DNA of 64,000 nucleotides, taken from Dehalococcoidia bacterium (GTDB lineage Bacteria > Chloroflexota > Dehalococcoidia > Lucifugimonadales > UBA3495). The stretch lies in NCBI GenBank assembly GCA_965203005.1, contig CBDBBS010000002.1, positions 3,686,761 through 3,750,760 of the forward strand. The letters are read 5' to 3'. The stretch's first letter is position 1. Each line of letters opens with the position of its first letter. The notes beneath the pieces were generated by a model that was given only the letters and a program-made list of their open reading frames with translations, was not told where the DNA came from and made no database searches. This document shows, one piece after another, positions 8,710-18,738 of this stretch. The translations under genes and the position numbers were made by a program.

Positions 8710-9899
8710 AGAGCGTGCTGGGCTTCCACATCAGTCTTGGCGTCTACGGAAGGAGGCAGGAAGCCCAATACAATTTCCTTGCGAGCTCTTATCCCGGCCC
8801 GCGTTCGTTCGATCAGGCCAGTCTCTTCCAGGTCAGCAATATCTCTGTTCAGAGTTCTTTCCGTTACTCGCGCGTATGCCGCCGCGATTTCCGGAGAAAG
8901 TAGGCGGACCTCACTTCTTGGGACCGGTTCATCCCTCCTGGACAACTCCAAGGCTAGATTGCGCCTGCGGATGTCAGCCCTGCTGCTGCCATGAAATTGA
9001 GCGTGGATATAGTTCTCCCAGAGAATCGCCAACTGCTGTTCCTGAACATGGGCCATCTGGGACGAGAGGCCGTCCACGAATCCCTGCAAAGAATAGACTA
9101 GGAATTCGATAACTCCGTCCTCTATCCGACTGGATAGCCGAAGATAGCGATAGTACTCTGCTCGCGTTTCGTTGTAGTGATTGCTCAGCAAGTGAGCTGC
9201 CGGGCTGGGAACGCCTGCCGCAGCCAAGATTTGATGCTCCATCAGTCGGGCCGTCCTGCCGTTGCCATCCCCGAAAGGGTGAATCCAGACCAGGTACAGA
9301 TGAGACAGGATGGCACACAGAATTGCAGTGGCAGTCCTGCTCCCCAATACCTGCGTTGATTCTATTTCCCGAAGCCAATCGCACATCCGCGACAGCAGGT
9401 ATTCGCAATCCTCCCGCGGGGCGGCCACGTAATCGGCCACGCCGTACTGTCGGGTGGGAATCTCGCCCGGGATGACTCCAGGCTCCAAACTCAGACCGCA
9501 CAATACCGTCCTGTTTAGCTCCTTGATTCGTTGGAGAGACATGCGTGGAACATCACCTCTTGCCACGCCTGCCAAGATATCGTTGCAAGCATTCAGGATA
9601 TTGTCCACCTCCTGGCCGAGATATTCTTTGGAAGGTGGAAGTTCGAGCAATCCCTGGATTCGACGGGAAATCTCGTCGACAGTCAACGTATTGCCTTCGA
9701 TAGCGGTGGTTGCGTGGATCCCCCTTTCCAAGTAAATCTGATGAAGTCTTTCAAAGGTCTCCGGCAGAAGGGGCGACCGGCTGATTTGCTCGCACATAGC
9801 GACCGCCTCTCCCAGCAGCATCCAAAACCGGCTGGGAGCATGGTCCAAGTGAAGGGTGAAATTAATCCAGGGATGGGATATCAAATAAGAGCGACTCAT
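8706..9899 (-). CDS. Fic family protein (class II, with C-terminal winged-helix)
   Basis: Fic motif HPFGDGNGRTAR. N-terminal inhibitory-type motif TTAIEGN ((S/T)xxxE(G/N)). C-terminal RTLNRDIADLEETGLIER. ATG at 9899 was chosen because the longer track ORF (to 10121) runs into the tRNA. Confidence 0.85.
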   Translation of the reverse strand: MSRSYLISHPWINFTLHLDHAPSRFWMLLGEAVAMCEQISRSPLLPETFERLHQIYLERGIHATTAIEGNTLTVDEISRRIQGLLELPPSKEYLGQEVDNILNACNDILAGVARGDVPRMSLQRIKELNRTVLCGLSLEPGVIPGEIPTRQYGVADYVAAPREDCEYLLSRMCDWLREIESTQVLGSRTATAILCAILSHLYLVWIHPFGDGNGRTARLMEHQILAAAGVPSPAAHLLSNHYNETRAEYYRYLRLSSRIEDGVIEFLVYSLQGFVDGLSSQMAHVQEQQLAILWENYIHAQFHGSSRADIRRRNLALELSRRDEPVPRSEVRLLSPEIAAAYARVTERTLNRDIADLEETGLIERTRAGIRARKEIVLGFLPPSVDAKTDVEAQHAL

Positions 9900-10084
9900 T
9901 CGATTTTGTCCTATGCACTGTCCATTGTATAATCCATGATACAGCTTTGAAATCACAGTTACAACAACGCTTTGTCCTATATTGTGTCCAGATATTCGTA
10001 ATAATAATGAGACGTTACGCTGGTCGACACAACAAAAAACCCCGCGACGCATTTGCCGCGGGGTTTGGTGGTTCGAAATGTGGT

Positions 10085-10162
10085 TGGTACCCCGGAGGGG
10101 CTTCGATCCCCTGATCTCCACCTTGAAAGGGTGGCATCCTGACCTGGCTAGACGACCGGGGC
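10085..10162 (-). tRNA. tRNA-Glu (anticodon UUC), CCA encoded
   Basis: The reverse complement GCCCCGGTCGTCTAGCCAGGTCAGGATGCCACCCTTTCAAGGTGGAGATCAGGGGATCGAAGCCCCTCCGGGGTACCA folds as a cloverleaf. Anticodon stem CCACC/GGTGG with loop CTTTCAA. Close to E. coli tRNA-Glu. Confidence 0.85.
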
Positions 10163-10205
10163 ACGCTTGGTACTCTATGAGTGTAGCATACCCGGTGGTA
10201 CGGCG

Positions 10206-11237
10206 CTACGGGTAGACCGCCAGTTCGTCCAGCGACGTGTCCTCGGGGAACCCGGCCATCAGGTTCATGTTCTGCACCGCCTGTCCGGCCGCCCCCTTTA
10301 CCAGGTTGTCCAGCACGCTGAACACCGTCAGCCGTCCCGTCCGCCGGTCGATGACCGGGTGCAGCAGGCACATGTTGTTGCCCAGCGTCTGCTTGGTCTG
10401 CGGCGGGGCCGAAACCACCCTTACGAACGGGTGGTCCGCGTAGTAGTCGCGGTAGATGTCCACCAGGCGCTGCTTACCCTCGTCTCCCGCCCATTCGCCT
10501 GGGTTGGCCAGCGGGGCGTAGCAGGAACTGAATATACCTCGCGTCATCGGGATCAGGTGCACCTGGAAGGTCACACGCACTGGCTGCTCGGTCAAGGGAT
10601 CCAGTTCCTGGGTGATCTCAGGGAGGTGCCGGTGCCCGTTGACGGCGTAGGCAAAAGCGTTCTCGTTCACTTCCGAGAAATGATTGGTCATCACGAGGCT
10701 GCGCCCGCCGCCGGATACTCCGGACAGGCTGCTGACGATGATGTCCGGGCTGATGATGCCTGCCTCCACTGCCGGGGCCAGGCCCAGGATGGCGCTGGTG
10801 GGGTAGCAGCCAGGGTTGGCCACCAGCCTCGCCTGCCGTATCTCGTCGCGGTGCAACTCGGTGAGCCCGTAGACGGCTTCCTCCAGCAGCGACGGCTTCT
10901 GATGCTCCACGCCGTACCATTCCTCGTACTCGTCGGCGCGCTTCAGGCGGAAATCGGCGCTGATGTCCACCACCTTGACGCCCTGGTCCAGCACGGGTAT
11001 GCAGGCCTCGGCGCTGGCCTTGTGGGGGAGTGCCGAAAAGACCAGGTCGAGGCTGCCGCTCAGTTCCGGCTCGATGGTCATATCCAGGCTTTCCAGGTGC
11101 GGGAAGACCTCGCCCAGCTTCTGGCCGGCGGCGCTCCGTCCCGTAACCGACGCGATTTCCACCTCGGGATGACGACGCAGGATACGGGCCAACTCCGATC
11201 CTGAGTATCCCGTGACGTTGATGATACCTACCTTCAC
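10206..11237 (-). CDS. argC: N-acetyl-gamma-glutamyl-phosphate reductase
   Basis: VGIINVTGYSGSELARIL and the active-site segment LVANPGCYPTS. GTG at 11237 lies 9 nt after AAGGAGG and is preferred over the track ATG at 11267. Confidence 0.9.
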   Translation of the reverse strand: MKVGIINVTGYSGSELARILRRHPEVEIASVTGRSAAGQKLGEVFPHLESLDMTIEPELSGSLDLVFSALPHKASAEACIPVLDQGVKVVDISADFRLKRADEYEEWYGVEHQKPSLLEEAVYGLTELHRDEIRQARLVANPGCYPTSAILGLAPAVEAGIISPDIIVSSLSGVSGGGRSLVMTNHFSEVNENAFAYAVNGHRHLPEITQELDPLTEQPVRVTFQVHLIPMTRGIFSSCYAPLANPGEWAGDEGKQRLVDIYRDYYADHPFVRVVSAPPQTKQTLGNNMCLLHPVIDRRTGRLTVFSVLDNLVKGAAGQAVQNMNLMAGFPEDTSLDELAVYP

Positions 11238-11334
11238 TTTCCTGGCCCTCCTTTGTCGCTGGCCCATACGAAAATGTGCTCATGCACCTGCGGGCCAGGC
11301 GTTCGCCTTCGCAACAAGCGCCTATCCCAGTTTA

Positions 11335-12162
11335 CTATTCGCCCAACAGGGCCGGGGGCACATGTGGCAGTGTGGTTGAACCCACATTCCTGGTCTTGAT
11401 TCCCTCATCCCGAATGATGCCATTTTCCGGCTTGGCCGTCCTCGCCATCAGCTTGCTCCGGGACGGGCACATCTCGCCCACCACGCACTCGGCGCAGAGC
11501 GGACGCTGCGCGCGGCAGACGCGGCGCCCGTGGGTGATGAATGCGACGTGGAAGTTGAACACTTCCTCGGGCGGCACCTTGGCTTCCATCACGTCGTGGG
11601 CCTTGTCTGCGTTGGTCTTGGCGTCGATGGCGCGAAGTCGCTGGCACACTCGATATATGTGCGTATCGATGGCCATGGCAGGCATGCCGAGAGAGAAGTT
11701 CAGGACGATGCCAGCCGATTTGGGCCCTATTCCCGGCAATTGCCGGAGCCACGCCTTTGCCTCTGCCAGTGGCATTTCCCGCAGGAACGACAGATCCAGC
11801 GAGCCGCCGTTCAGTTCCAGCACCTTTCCCAGCACTTCCTTGATGCGCGGCGCTTTCACCTTGGCCAGTCCGCCGGGAGCTATGGCCTCCTCGATGTCGG
11901 CGATGTCGCCCCGGGCTACTGCCTCCAGGGAACCGAAGCGCTCCATAAGCCGGGCGAAAGCGCGACCGGAGTTAATGTCGGACGTATGCTGGGAAAGGAT
12001 GGTGAAGACCATCTCCTCGGTCGGGGGCAGCCGGCGCTCCTCGGGGAAGGGGCCGTACTCCCGCGCCATCAACTCCACTGCCCGGGCGATGCGCGCAGCC
12101 GACATCGTCGGACTGCGGCGCTGCTTCCCGCTTTTTGTTTGGGTCTGTGCCTGCGTCGGCAT
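11335..12162 (-). CDS. nth: endonuclease III / HhH-GPD DNA glycosylase
   Basis: HhH LPGIGPKSAGIVL, AIDTHIYRV, and the 4Fe-4S cluster loop CRAQRPLCAECVVGEMC. Confidence 0.85.
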   Translation of the reverse strand: MPTQAQTQTKSGKQRRSPTMSAARIARAVELMAREYGPFPEERRLPPTEEMVFTILSQHTSDINSGRAFARLMERFGSLEAVARGDIADIEEAIAPGGLAKVKAPRIKEVLGKVLELNGGSLDLSFLREMPLAEAKAWLRQLPGIGPKSAGIVLNFSLGMPAMAIDTHIYRVCQRLRAIDAKTNADKAHDVMEAKVPPEEVFNFHVAFITHGRRVCRAQRPLCAECVVGEMCPSRSKLMARTAKPENGIIRDEGIKTRNVGSTTLPHVPPALLGE

Positions 12163-12264
12163 TGACAGATTCTAGCACCGGCGGCCGGAATTTTGAATGC
12201 GGAAACCAAGAATGTGGAAAGTGGGGCGAGGCGCATTCCCCATTCCAGGCTCCCAATTCCTGCC

Positions 12265-13296
12265 TCAGAACAGGTGGCAGGCGACTGTGTGGCCTGGAGA
12301 GACTTCCTTGACCACCGGGTCTTGCAGGCTGCAAACGTCCATCACGAAGGGGCATCTCGTGTGGAAGTGGCACCCGTCGGGAGGATTCAGCGGCGAGGGA
12401 ACCTCCCCGGTTAGGATCATCTCATCCTGCACCGTGTCCGGATGGGAGGGCAACGCCGCTGACATCAGGGCCTTGGTGTACGGGTGGGACGGGTTCTCGA
12501 ACAGGTCCTTGACCGGAGACATTTCCACGATGCGGCCCAGATACATCACGGCCACCCAGGTACACATGTAGCGCACGGTGGCCAGGTGGTGGGCGATGAG
12601 CATGTAGCTGACGTTGTATTCGGCCTGCAAGTCCTTCAGCAGGTTCATGATCTGGGCGCGAATGGAAACGTCCAGGGCGGAAACCGGCTCGTCCAGGACT
12701 ATGACTTTGGGGTTCAGGGCCAGGGCCCGGGCGATGGCCAGGCGCTGTCTCTGGCCGCCGGAGAACTCGTGAGGGTAAAGGTTGGCGTGGTAGGCGCTGA
12801 GACCCACATCGGTCAGAAGCTTGAGCACCCGGTCCTGGATTTCTCCTCTGCTAATGTCCCAGTTGATCACCATGGGCTCGGCGATCAGGTCGCGCACCCG
12901 CATCCGGGGATTGAGGGAACTCCACGGGTCCTGGAAAACGGCCTGCACTGAACGCCGGTATTCCTGCCTGGTTTCGGGGTCAGCGTCGCGGATCTCCTTC
13001 CCCTCGAAGCGAATCGAACCCTCCGTGGGTTCCTCCAGCATGAGCATCATCTTGGCGGTGGTGCTCTTGCCGCATCCCGACTCGCCGACTATGCCCAGCG
13101 TTTCACCCGGCCGCAGGTCGAAGGACACCCCGTCAACCGCCTTGATGTGCCCCACAGTCTTGCTGAGCAGCAGGCCCTTGGTGACCGGAAAGTGCTTTTT
13201 CAGGTCAACGGCTTCCAGCAGGGCTTGTCCGTGGCCGCTCCCCGCCATCTGGCCAGCGCGGGTACTTCCGACTTCAGGTGCGTTTGCAGTCGTCAT
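12265..13296 (-). CDS. peptide/nickel-type ABC transporter ATP-binding protein (OppF/DppF-like)
   Basis: Walker A GESGCGKST, signature FSGGQRQR, Walker B VIVLDEP, and the C-terminal oligopeptide-type extension. Confidence 0.9.
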   Translation of the reverse strand: MTTANAPEVGSTRAGQMAGSGHGQALLEAVDLKKHFPVTKGLLLSKTVGHIKAVDGVSFDLRPGETLGIVGESGCGKSTTAKMMLMLEEPTEGSIRFEGKEIRDADPETRQEYRRSVQAVFQDPWSSLNPRMRVRDLIAEPMVINWDISRGEIQDRVLKLLTDVGLSAYHANLYPHEFSGGQRQRLAIARALALNPKVIVLDEPVSALDVSIRAQIMNLLKDLQAEYNVSYMLIAHHLATVRYMCTWVAVMYLGRIVEMSPVKDLFENPSHPYTKALMSAALPSHPDTVQDEMILTGEVPSPLNPPDGCHFHTRCPFVMDVCSLQDPVVKEVSPGHTVACHLF

Positions 13297-13297
13297 A

Positions 13298-14287
13298 TCA
13301 GCTCAACCGCCAGCAGGAGGCGTGGTGGCCCTCTCTTATCGCGATTCGTTCCGGGTATTCCTCGCGGCACCGGTCCATTACATACTGGCACCGGGGCGCG
13401 AAGGGGCAGCCGGCCGGCAGGTCGTGCAGCGTGGGAGGCTGGCCTTCGATAGAATACAGCCGGTCCACGTCCTCCTCCATCTTGGGCACGGAGGCCAGCA
13501 GGGCTTCAGTGTATGGATGGGACGGGTTGTTGAATATGTCGCGGACGCTGCCCTGCTCCACAATGCGGCCGGCATACATCACCGCGACACGGTCGCACAT
13601 CTTGGCGACGATGCCGAAATCGTGGGTGATGAAAATCAGGCCGACGTTGGAATCCCGCTGCAACTCCTTCAGCAGCGCGAGGTACTGAGCCTGAATGGTG
13701 ACGTCCAGCGAGGTGGTCGGCTCGTCGGCGATCAGAACCTGGGGCTGGCAGGAAATCCCTATTGCGCCGACTACCCGCTGCCGCATGCCCCCGCTCATCT
13801 GGTGCGGATAGTCGCGCATTCGGGTATCGGCCGCGGGAATGTTCACCTTTCGCAGCACCGACAGGGCCTGCTCCATGACCGAGCGCTTGGGGATATCCTG
13901 ATGGATCCTGATGGCCTCGGACACCTGGTTGCCGATGGTGAACACCGGGTTCAGCGAGGTCATCGGGTCCTGGATGATGAGAGCAATCTTGCTCCCCCGC
14001 ACCTTGTTCATCTCGGCTTCGGACAGTTGCAGCAAGTCCTCGCCGTCCAGCTCGATGCTGCCGGAAACGATGCGGCCCGGCGGCATGGGTATGAGCTGCA
14101 TTAGCGACAGCATCGTGACCGACTTGCCGGATCCCGATTCGCCCACGATCCCCAGCGTCTCGCCCCTGCGGAGATCGAAGCTGATGCCATCCACGGCCTT
14201 GACCGTGCCCCATCTGGTCTGGAAGTAGGTTCGCAGGTCGTTAACCCGCAGCACCACCTCCCCTTGAGTTACTGCTTCTGTGGCCAT
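13298..14287 (-). CDS. peptide/nickel-type ABC transporter ATP-binding protein (OppD/DppD-like)
   Basis: Walker [10 protein letters not shown], signature MSGGMRQR, Walker [10 protein letters not shown]. Confidence 0.9.
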   Translation of the reverse strand: MATEAVTQGEVVLRVNDLRTYFQTRWGTVKAVDGISFDLRRGETLGIVGESGSGKSVTMLSLMQLIPMPPGRIVSGSIELDGEDLLQLSEAEMNKVRGSKIALIIQDPMTSLNPVFTIGNQVSEAIRIHQDIPKRSVMEQALSVLRKVNIPAADTRMRDYPHQMSGGMRQRVVGAIGISCQPQVLIADEPTTSLDVTIQAQYLALLKELQRDSNVGLIFITHDFGIVAKMCDRVAVMYAGRIVEQGSVRDIFNNPSHPYTEALLASVPKMEEDVDRLYSIEGQPPTLHDLPAGCPFAPRCQYVMDRCREEYPERIAIREGHHASCWRLS

Positions 14288-14321
14288 AGCGTTCGTTAGC
14301 TCCCCTTGTTGGGAGTGTGGG

Positions 14322-15389
14322 TCACTCGATCTGCCTGAGCCGCGGGTCCAGCTTGTCGCGCAGCCAGTCGCCGAACAGGTTCAGCGACATCACGGTGAGC
14401 ATGATAGCCACTCCCGGGAAGGTGGAAATCCACCATGACCCGGTCTCAAAGCCCCCGGCCAGGTGCCCCCGCCCGTCTGACACCATGCCTCCCCAGGTGG
14501 CCGTGGGCGGCGGCACGCCGGCGCCCAGGAAGCTCAAAGTGGCCTCCAGCAGAATCACGATGCCCACCTGTAGGGTCGCCACCACTATCAGTGTATTGAT
14601 GGTCCCGGGGAAAATGTGCACAAAGAGGATGCGAGGAGTGGACGCCCCGGCAACTCGGGCCAGCGCCACGAAGTCCATGTTCTTGAGTTGCAGGACTTCC
14701 CCCCGCACTTGGCGGGCGAAGCGGGGCCAAATGAAAATAGTCAGCACCGCCACGATTATGGTCAACGATGTTCCCAGGGTGGCCACCATTGCCAGCGCGA
14801 TCAGCACCAGAGGTACGGCCAACAGGATGTCGACGAAACGCATGACCGCCTCGTCGACCACGCCGCCATACCAGCCGGCCACCAGTCCCAGAATCACGCC
14901 GATGGAACCGCCTACTCCCAGTGTTATCACGGCGGCCAGGAGCGATATGCGGGCCCCGTAAATGATTCGAGAGAGAATGTCCCGTCCCAGCTGGTCGGTG
15001 CCCAGCCAGTGCTTGCCGCTGCCTCCGGCGCGGGTCACCTCTTCGAATTCGATGGAGTCCCCGATCTGGATGTCGGGATTGATCGCCTGGGCGTCCGCCA
15101 GGGAGACCTGGTCGTCCTGCCCGGGCAAAACTCTCTGCACTACCGTTCTGACGGAGGTCTCGGTCTTGGCCTCGTACCAGAAGGGCGGCAGCTTTCGGTC
15201 ATCCAGCGATTGCTGGTTGGGGTCGTGGGGAGAGATCCAGGGGGCGGCAATGCCGGCGAACAGGACGAGCGCCAGGAGCAGCACGGGAATCAACGGCCAG
15301 CGCCGGAAGATACGATAGGCCCCGGCCAGCTTGACACCAATACCGCTGCCGGACGGAGTGAGAATCTCGGTTGTCGTGTTGACCGCCAT
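14322..15389 (-). CDS. ABC transporter permease (OppC/DppC-like)
   Basis: 355 aa, multi-TM, with the N-terminal OppC-type extension. Sits in the operon with the ATPases. Confidence 0.85.
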   Translation of the reverse strand: MAVNTTTEILTPSGSGIGVKLAGAYRIFRRWPLIPVLLLALVLFAGIAAPWISPHDPNQQSLDDRKLPPFWYEAKTETSVRTVVQRVLPGQDDQVSLADAQAINPDIQIGDSIEFEEVTRAGGSGKHWLGTDQLGRDILSRIIYGARISLLAAVITLGVGGSIGVILGLVAGWYGGVVDEAVMRFVDILLAVPLVLIALAMVATLGTSLTIIVAVLTIFIWPRFARQVRGEVLQLKNMDFVALARVAGASTPRILFVHIFPGTINTLIVVATLQVGIVILLEATLSFLGAGVPPPTATWGGMVSDGRGHLAGGFETGSWWISTFPGVAIMLTVMSLNLFGDWLRDKLDPRLRQIE

Positions 15390-15406
15390 GATGACCTCTT
15401 ACCTGC

Positions 15407-16324
15407 TTATGCGTACCGGATGCGGGGGTCTATGTAGGCGTAAAGCACGTCTACTGCGAAAGCCACCAGGACGTAGAGCAGCGTAAAGACGACCACCACC
15501 CCTTGCAGCAGCGGATAATCGAAGGAGTTCAGCGAGTCGATGGCCAGCTTGCCCAGCCCGGGCCAGGCGAACACGGTCTCAACCACCAGCGAGCCGGTTA
15601 CCAGCGCCCCCAGGGTCACGCCCGCAAAGGTCAGGGGCGGGATCAGGGCGTTCCTGAAAGCGTGCTTCATGACTATGCCCCAGTACGGCACACCCTTGGC
15701 CCGTGCCAGCTTGATGTATTCCGAGTCGAGCACGTCCAGCATCGCCGAGCGGACCAGCCTGAGATTGGCGGCGGCGTAATACCATCCCAGAGTGATGGCA
15801 GGCAGGAAAATGCTGTTCCAGTCCTCCCGGCCTGATGTAGGGAAGGCCCTGAACTCCACGGCAAAGAAAATTATCAGCATAATGCCGAGCCAGAAAGGCG
15901 GTGCCGCCTGGCCCAGCAGAGCAACTACCTTGCCAGCCTGGTCAATCAGGCTGCCGCGCTTGATAGACGACAGTATCCCCAGTGGAATGCCCACCAGCAA
16001 CGACACTATGAACGCGGTCAGCCCCAGGTAGAGCGTCCAGGGAAGCCGGTCCAGGATCACTTCCGTTACAGGGCGCCCCTCCTTGATCGATATGCCAAGG
16101 TCTCCCTGTACGGCGTCCCGCAGGAAGATGAAGTACTGTTGGTAATAGGGCTTGTCGGTGCCCAGCTTTGCCATCATCCGGTCTATGTCTTCCTGCGTGG
16201 AGTATTCGTCCAGCATGAGAGAGACCGGGTCACCGGCAGAGCGGCTGAGTATGAAAATGATCAGAGAGACGGCCACTAGGGTGATGACGGCCAGGACCAA
16301 ACGGCGTAACAGGTATCTCTGCAT
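15407..16324 (-). CDS. ABC transporter permease (OppB/DppB-like)
   Basis: 305 aa, begins MQRYLLRRLVLAVITL..., six TM segments, and ends ...DVLYAYIDPRIRY, typical of the OppB family. Confidence 0.9.
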   Translation of the reverse strand: MQRYLLRRLVLAVITLVAVSLIIFILSRSAGDPVSLMLDEYSTQEDIDRMMAKLGTDKPYYQQYFIFLRDAVQGDLGISIKEGRPVTEVILDRLPWTLYLGLTAFIVSLLVGIPLGILSSIKRGSLIDQAGKVVALLGQAAPPFWLGIMLIIFFAVEFRAFPTSGREDWNSIFLPAITLGWYYAAANLRLVRSAMLDVLDSEYIKLARAKGVPYWGIVMKHAFRNALIPPLTFAGVTLGALVTGSLVVETVFAWPGLGKLAIDSLNSFDYPLLQGVVVVFTLLYVLVAFAVDVLYAYIDPRIRYA

Positions 16325-16587
16325 ATCTGTCTGCTTAATTCACTTTCAAAGAGTCTTTAGGACAGGCTCGTAAGCGCGGGTGATTGCTACCAATTGCAGT
16401 GCGCCGGTAGGGGTTAAGGATACAAAGAGCTTATTCCAATATGAATCATTTAACGGCGTGTGTCTATGAGAGGAGAGCCAACAACCTGAAACTGCCTGAA
16501 ACGGCAGGCATGGAAAGCCGGGAACCCTGGCGTCGGAGGGCCTGGCGCCGACCAAACCTGGTGAATCCCGGGGAATGTGATTACCGG

Positions 16588-16618
16588 GGCAGGAGCGGGT
16601 CTGCAACCCGCCCCTGCC
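16588..16618 (-). promoter_or_regulatory. GC-rich stem-loop just after the binding-protein gene
   Basis: GGCAGGAGCGGG-tctgcaa-CCCGCCCCTGCC is a 12-bp stem with one mismatch, 12 nt downstream of the SBP stop. It lies inside a 305-nt gap before the permease gene. There is no U-tract. Confidence 0.4.
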
Positions 16619-16629
16619 GATGGTTCCTG

Positions 16630-18600
16630 TTAACGGTGCTTGATGTACTCGAACCCGGACGGCGACCGGACTTCGCTGAAGTCGATGGGCGTCCATTCGG
16701 GGTCAAGGCGGACGCCTACCGGCCAGATGCCGTCGTGAGCGTAGAGGGCGAAGGCCATGACGTTGTCATAGAACCAGCCGTATACATTACGCTCTTTCTC
16801 GGCAACCAGATTCGGGTTGGTCTCGCCCAGCAGGTCGGTGATGTTTTCCTCCATCCACGGGTGTTCCGTGCCGTAGCTGAAGGTGGACTTCGCCACGTAG
16901 TTGGAGGCGCCGATGGCCGGGGTCAGGCGCTGGCTGACGGTGTGGCAGGTCGCGCCCTGGAAGGTCCGGGTGATCAGCTCCGGCCGGATGGTGGCGTAGG
17001 GTATGCGCTGCAGATCGACGTTGATGCCAACATCCTCCCAGAATCCAGCCACGGCCTCGCAGGCCTCCACCTCGGCGGGCGCGCCACGGATGGCGGGAAC
17101 CAGGGTGATGGAGAACTCGTTGCCGGGGCCATATCCGGCCTCGTTCAGCAACTGCCTGGCCATGTCCGGGTCGTATTCGTGGACCCAGCGCGGATCGGCC
17201 TTAGCCTCGTGGCCCATCCAGTCCCTCAGGTACAGGACATCGCCGAAGCCGGAAAGCAGGTTGTCAACGATTGACTGCCGGTCGATGGCAATGGCCATGG
17301 CCTTCTTGACCTTGACCGAGTCCAGCCATTCCTGGGATGTCGGGTCTTCGTTGCAGGACACCCAGGCGTTGCTGCAGTCCAGGTGCTCGTACGGCTGGCC
17401 GTCCTTGTCCACGCCGTAGGTCTGTCCGTAGATGTTCAGGCCGGCCTGTCCGGCGAAGGGCCAGGCGACAATCTCGGTGCCCTCAACCGCCTGCACTGCG
17501 TCCAGCGAGTCGAAGGCCATTTCCATGATGTCCAGCTCGCCGGTCTGGAAAGCCGCAACGCGGGTGGCCTCCTCCGGGATGGACCTCATGTTGAAGTTGG
17601 CAAAGTAGGGAGTCTGCCTCCAGTGCCCCTCGACAGCCGTGAATTCCCACACGGTGTCGCTGTTGGTTGGTCCCTGGATTTCCCATGGACCGGTTGCGGA
17701 GATGTTCTTGCTCGCTTCCTTGGCGGCCGCCTCGTATTCCTCGGTGGCGACGCCAGGTTCGCTGTAGCGGTCATCCCAGTTGTTTCCGGCCCGCTCGAAG
17801 ATGTCGCGGGTCTGTTGCATGCTGACGATGGTGGTGCTGACACCGCCCAGGTGCCGCATGAACTCGAAGGCCCGTTCCCGGAGCCAGGGCTCGCCGGTGT
17901 CGATCTCCACGGTGTAGTCATCGATGACGTTCTGGGATCCGCCGGCCTTGCCGACCCAGAAATCCCCGATGATCCCGGCGCGGGCGTTCAGGGAACCCTC
18001 GTGCCATTCCTTGTAGTTCCAGAGTACGTCGTGAACGGTGAAATTGCCGCAGCTCTCAGTCCCGGAGGCGCCGCACTTGGGATGGAACATCACGTCATCG
18101 CGGACGGTGAACGTCCAGATCTGGCCGTTGTCCGAAATGTCCCATTCCGACGCGAGCAGCGGGCCGGGAGACAGGTCGGGCTGGATGGCGACCATGGACT
18201 CGCCGAAGCTGACGGCGGAGTACTGGACGCGGGGGCTGGACATGTACCGCGGGTGACCTTCGAACACGCCGGTCTCCTTGACCGCGTAGTTCATGTCCCC
18301 CTCCGGCGCATGCGTCTGTACCGCCGTGGTGGGAGCGGGCCGCGGTGTCGAGGTCGGCTGAGGCGCTGCCGCCTGCGGCGTTGGGGCCGCCTGCTGCTCA
18401 TCCTCTTCTTCTTGTTCCGCCGCGGGCGCTTCAGTTGCAGCCGCCTGCGGGGCTGCCGTTGTCGCAGGAACGCTTGTCGCGACTGGTGCTGCCGTTGGCG
18501 CCTCGGTCGCGGACTCGCCGCAGGCGACAACCAAGGCCAACGCCATCACCAGCAGGACTGGCAACCATAGCTTTGGGAGAATTGATCTTAGACTAAACAC
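16630..18600 (-). CDS. ABC transporter substrate-binding lipoprotein, family 5 (peptide/nickel)
   Basis: GTG at 18600 follows AAAGGAGAGG. Signal plus lipobox LLVMALALVVAC, then a ~90-aa Ala/Pro/Thr/Glu linker, then a family-5 SBP body. Confidence 0.85.
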   Translation of the reverse strand: MFSLRSILPKLWLPVLLVMALALVVACGESATEAPTAAPVATSVPATTAAPQAAATEAPAAEQEEEDEQQAAPTPQAAAPQPTSTPRPAPTTAVQTHAPEGDMNYAVKETGVFEGHPRYMSSPRVQYSAVSFGESMVAIQPDLSPGPLLASEWDISDNGQIWTFTVRDDVMFHPKCGASGTESCGNFTVHDVLWNYKEWHEGSLNARAGIIGDFWVGKAGGSQNVIDDYTVEIDTGEPWLRERAFEFMRHLGGVSTTIVSMQQTRDIFERAGNNWDDRYSEPGVATEEYEAAAKEASKNISATGPWEIQGPTNSDTVWEFTAVEGHWRQTPYFANFNMRSIPEEATRVAAFQTGELDIMEMAFDSLDAVQAVEGTEIVAWPFAGQAGLNIYGQTYGVDKDGQPYEHLDCSNAWVSCNEDPTSQEWLDSVKVKKAMAIAIDRQSIVDNLLSGFGDVLYLRDWMGHEAKADPRWVHEYDPDMARQLLNEAGYGPGNEFSITLVPAIRGAPAEVEACEAVAGFWEDVGINVDLQRIPYATIRPELITRTFQGATCHTVSQRLTPAIGASNYVAKSTFSYGTEHPWMEENITDLLGETNPNLVAEKERNVYGWFYDNVMAFALYAHDGIWPVGVRLDPEWTPIDFSEVRSPSGFEYIKHR

Positions 18601-18710
18601 TGCCTCTCCTTTAGGATTGGTGAATTTGTTCCCCAACCACCGGGTTGAAATGAGCGGGTAGCTGGTCGACGGATGAAAGCTGCGGGCCGCCGACAATGCA
18701 AACTTGTGGG

Positions 18711-18738
18711 ATTATATGGATTGTGAAATTTTTGTCAA
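18711..18738 (-). promoter_or_regulatory. consensus sigma-70-type promoter for the peptide ABC operon
   Basis: The minus strand reads TTGACA-N16-TATAAT (plus-strand TGTCAA 18733-18738, ATTATA 18711-18716), about 110 nt upstream of the SBP start. Confidence 0.55.

Noticed and set aside
9900-10121. N-terminal 74 codons of the 471-aa Fic track ORF
   Set aside because: This extension runs through an A/T-rich non-coding stretch and into the tRNA-Glu gene. The internal ATG at 9899 gives a normal Fic N-terminus.
10163-10205. Dedicated promoter for tRNA-Glu
   Set aside because: There is no acceptable -35/-10 pair with proper spacing in the 43-nt gap after argC. The tRNA is more likely co-transcribed with argC or driven from within it.
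18601-18696. N-terminal extension of the binding-protein ORF
   Set aside because: The GTG at 18600 is preceded by AAAGGAGAGG and starts directly at the signal/lipobox. The extension has no signal-peptide character.
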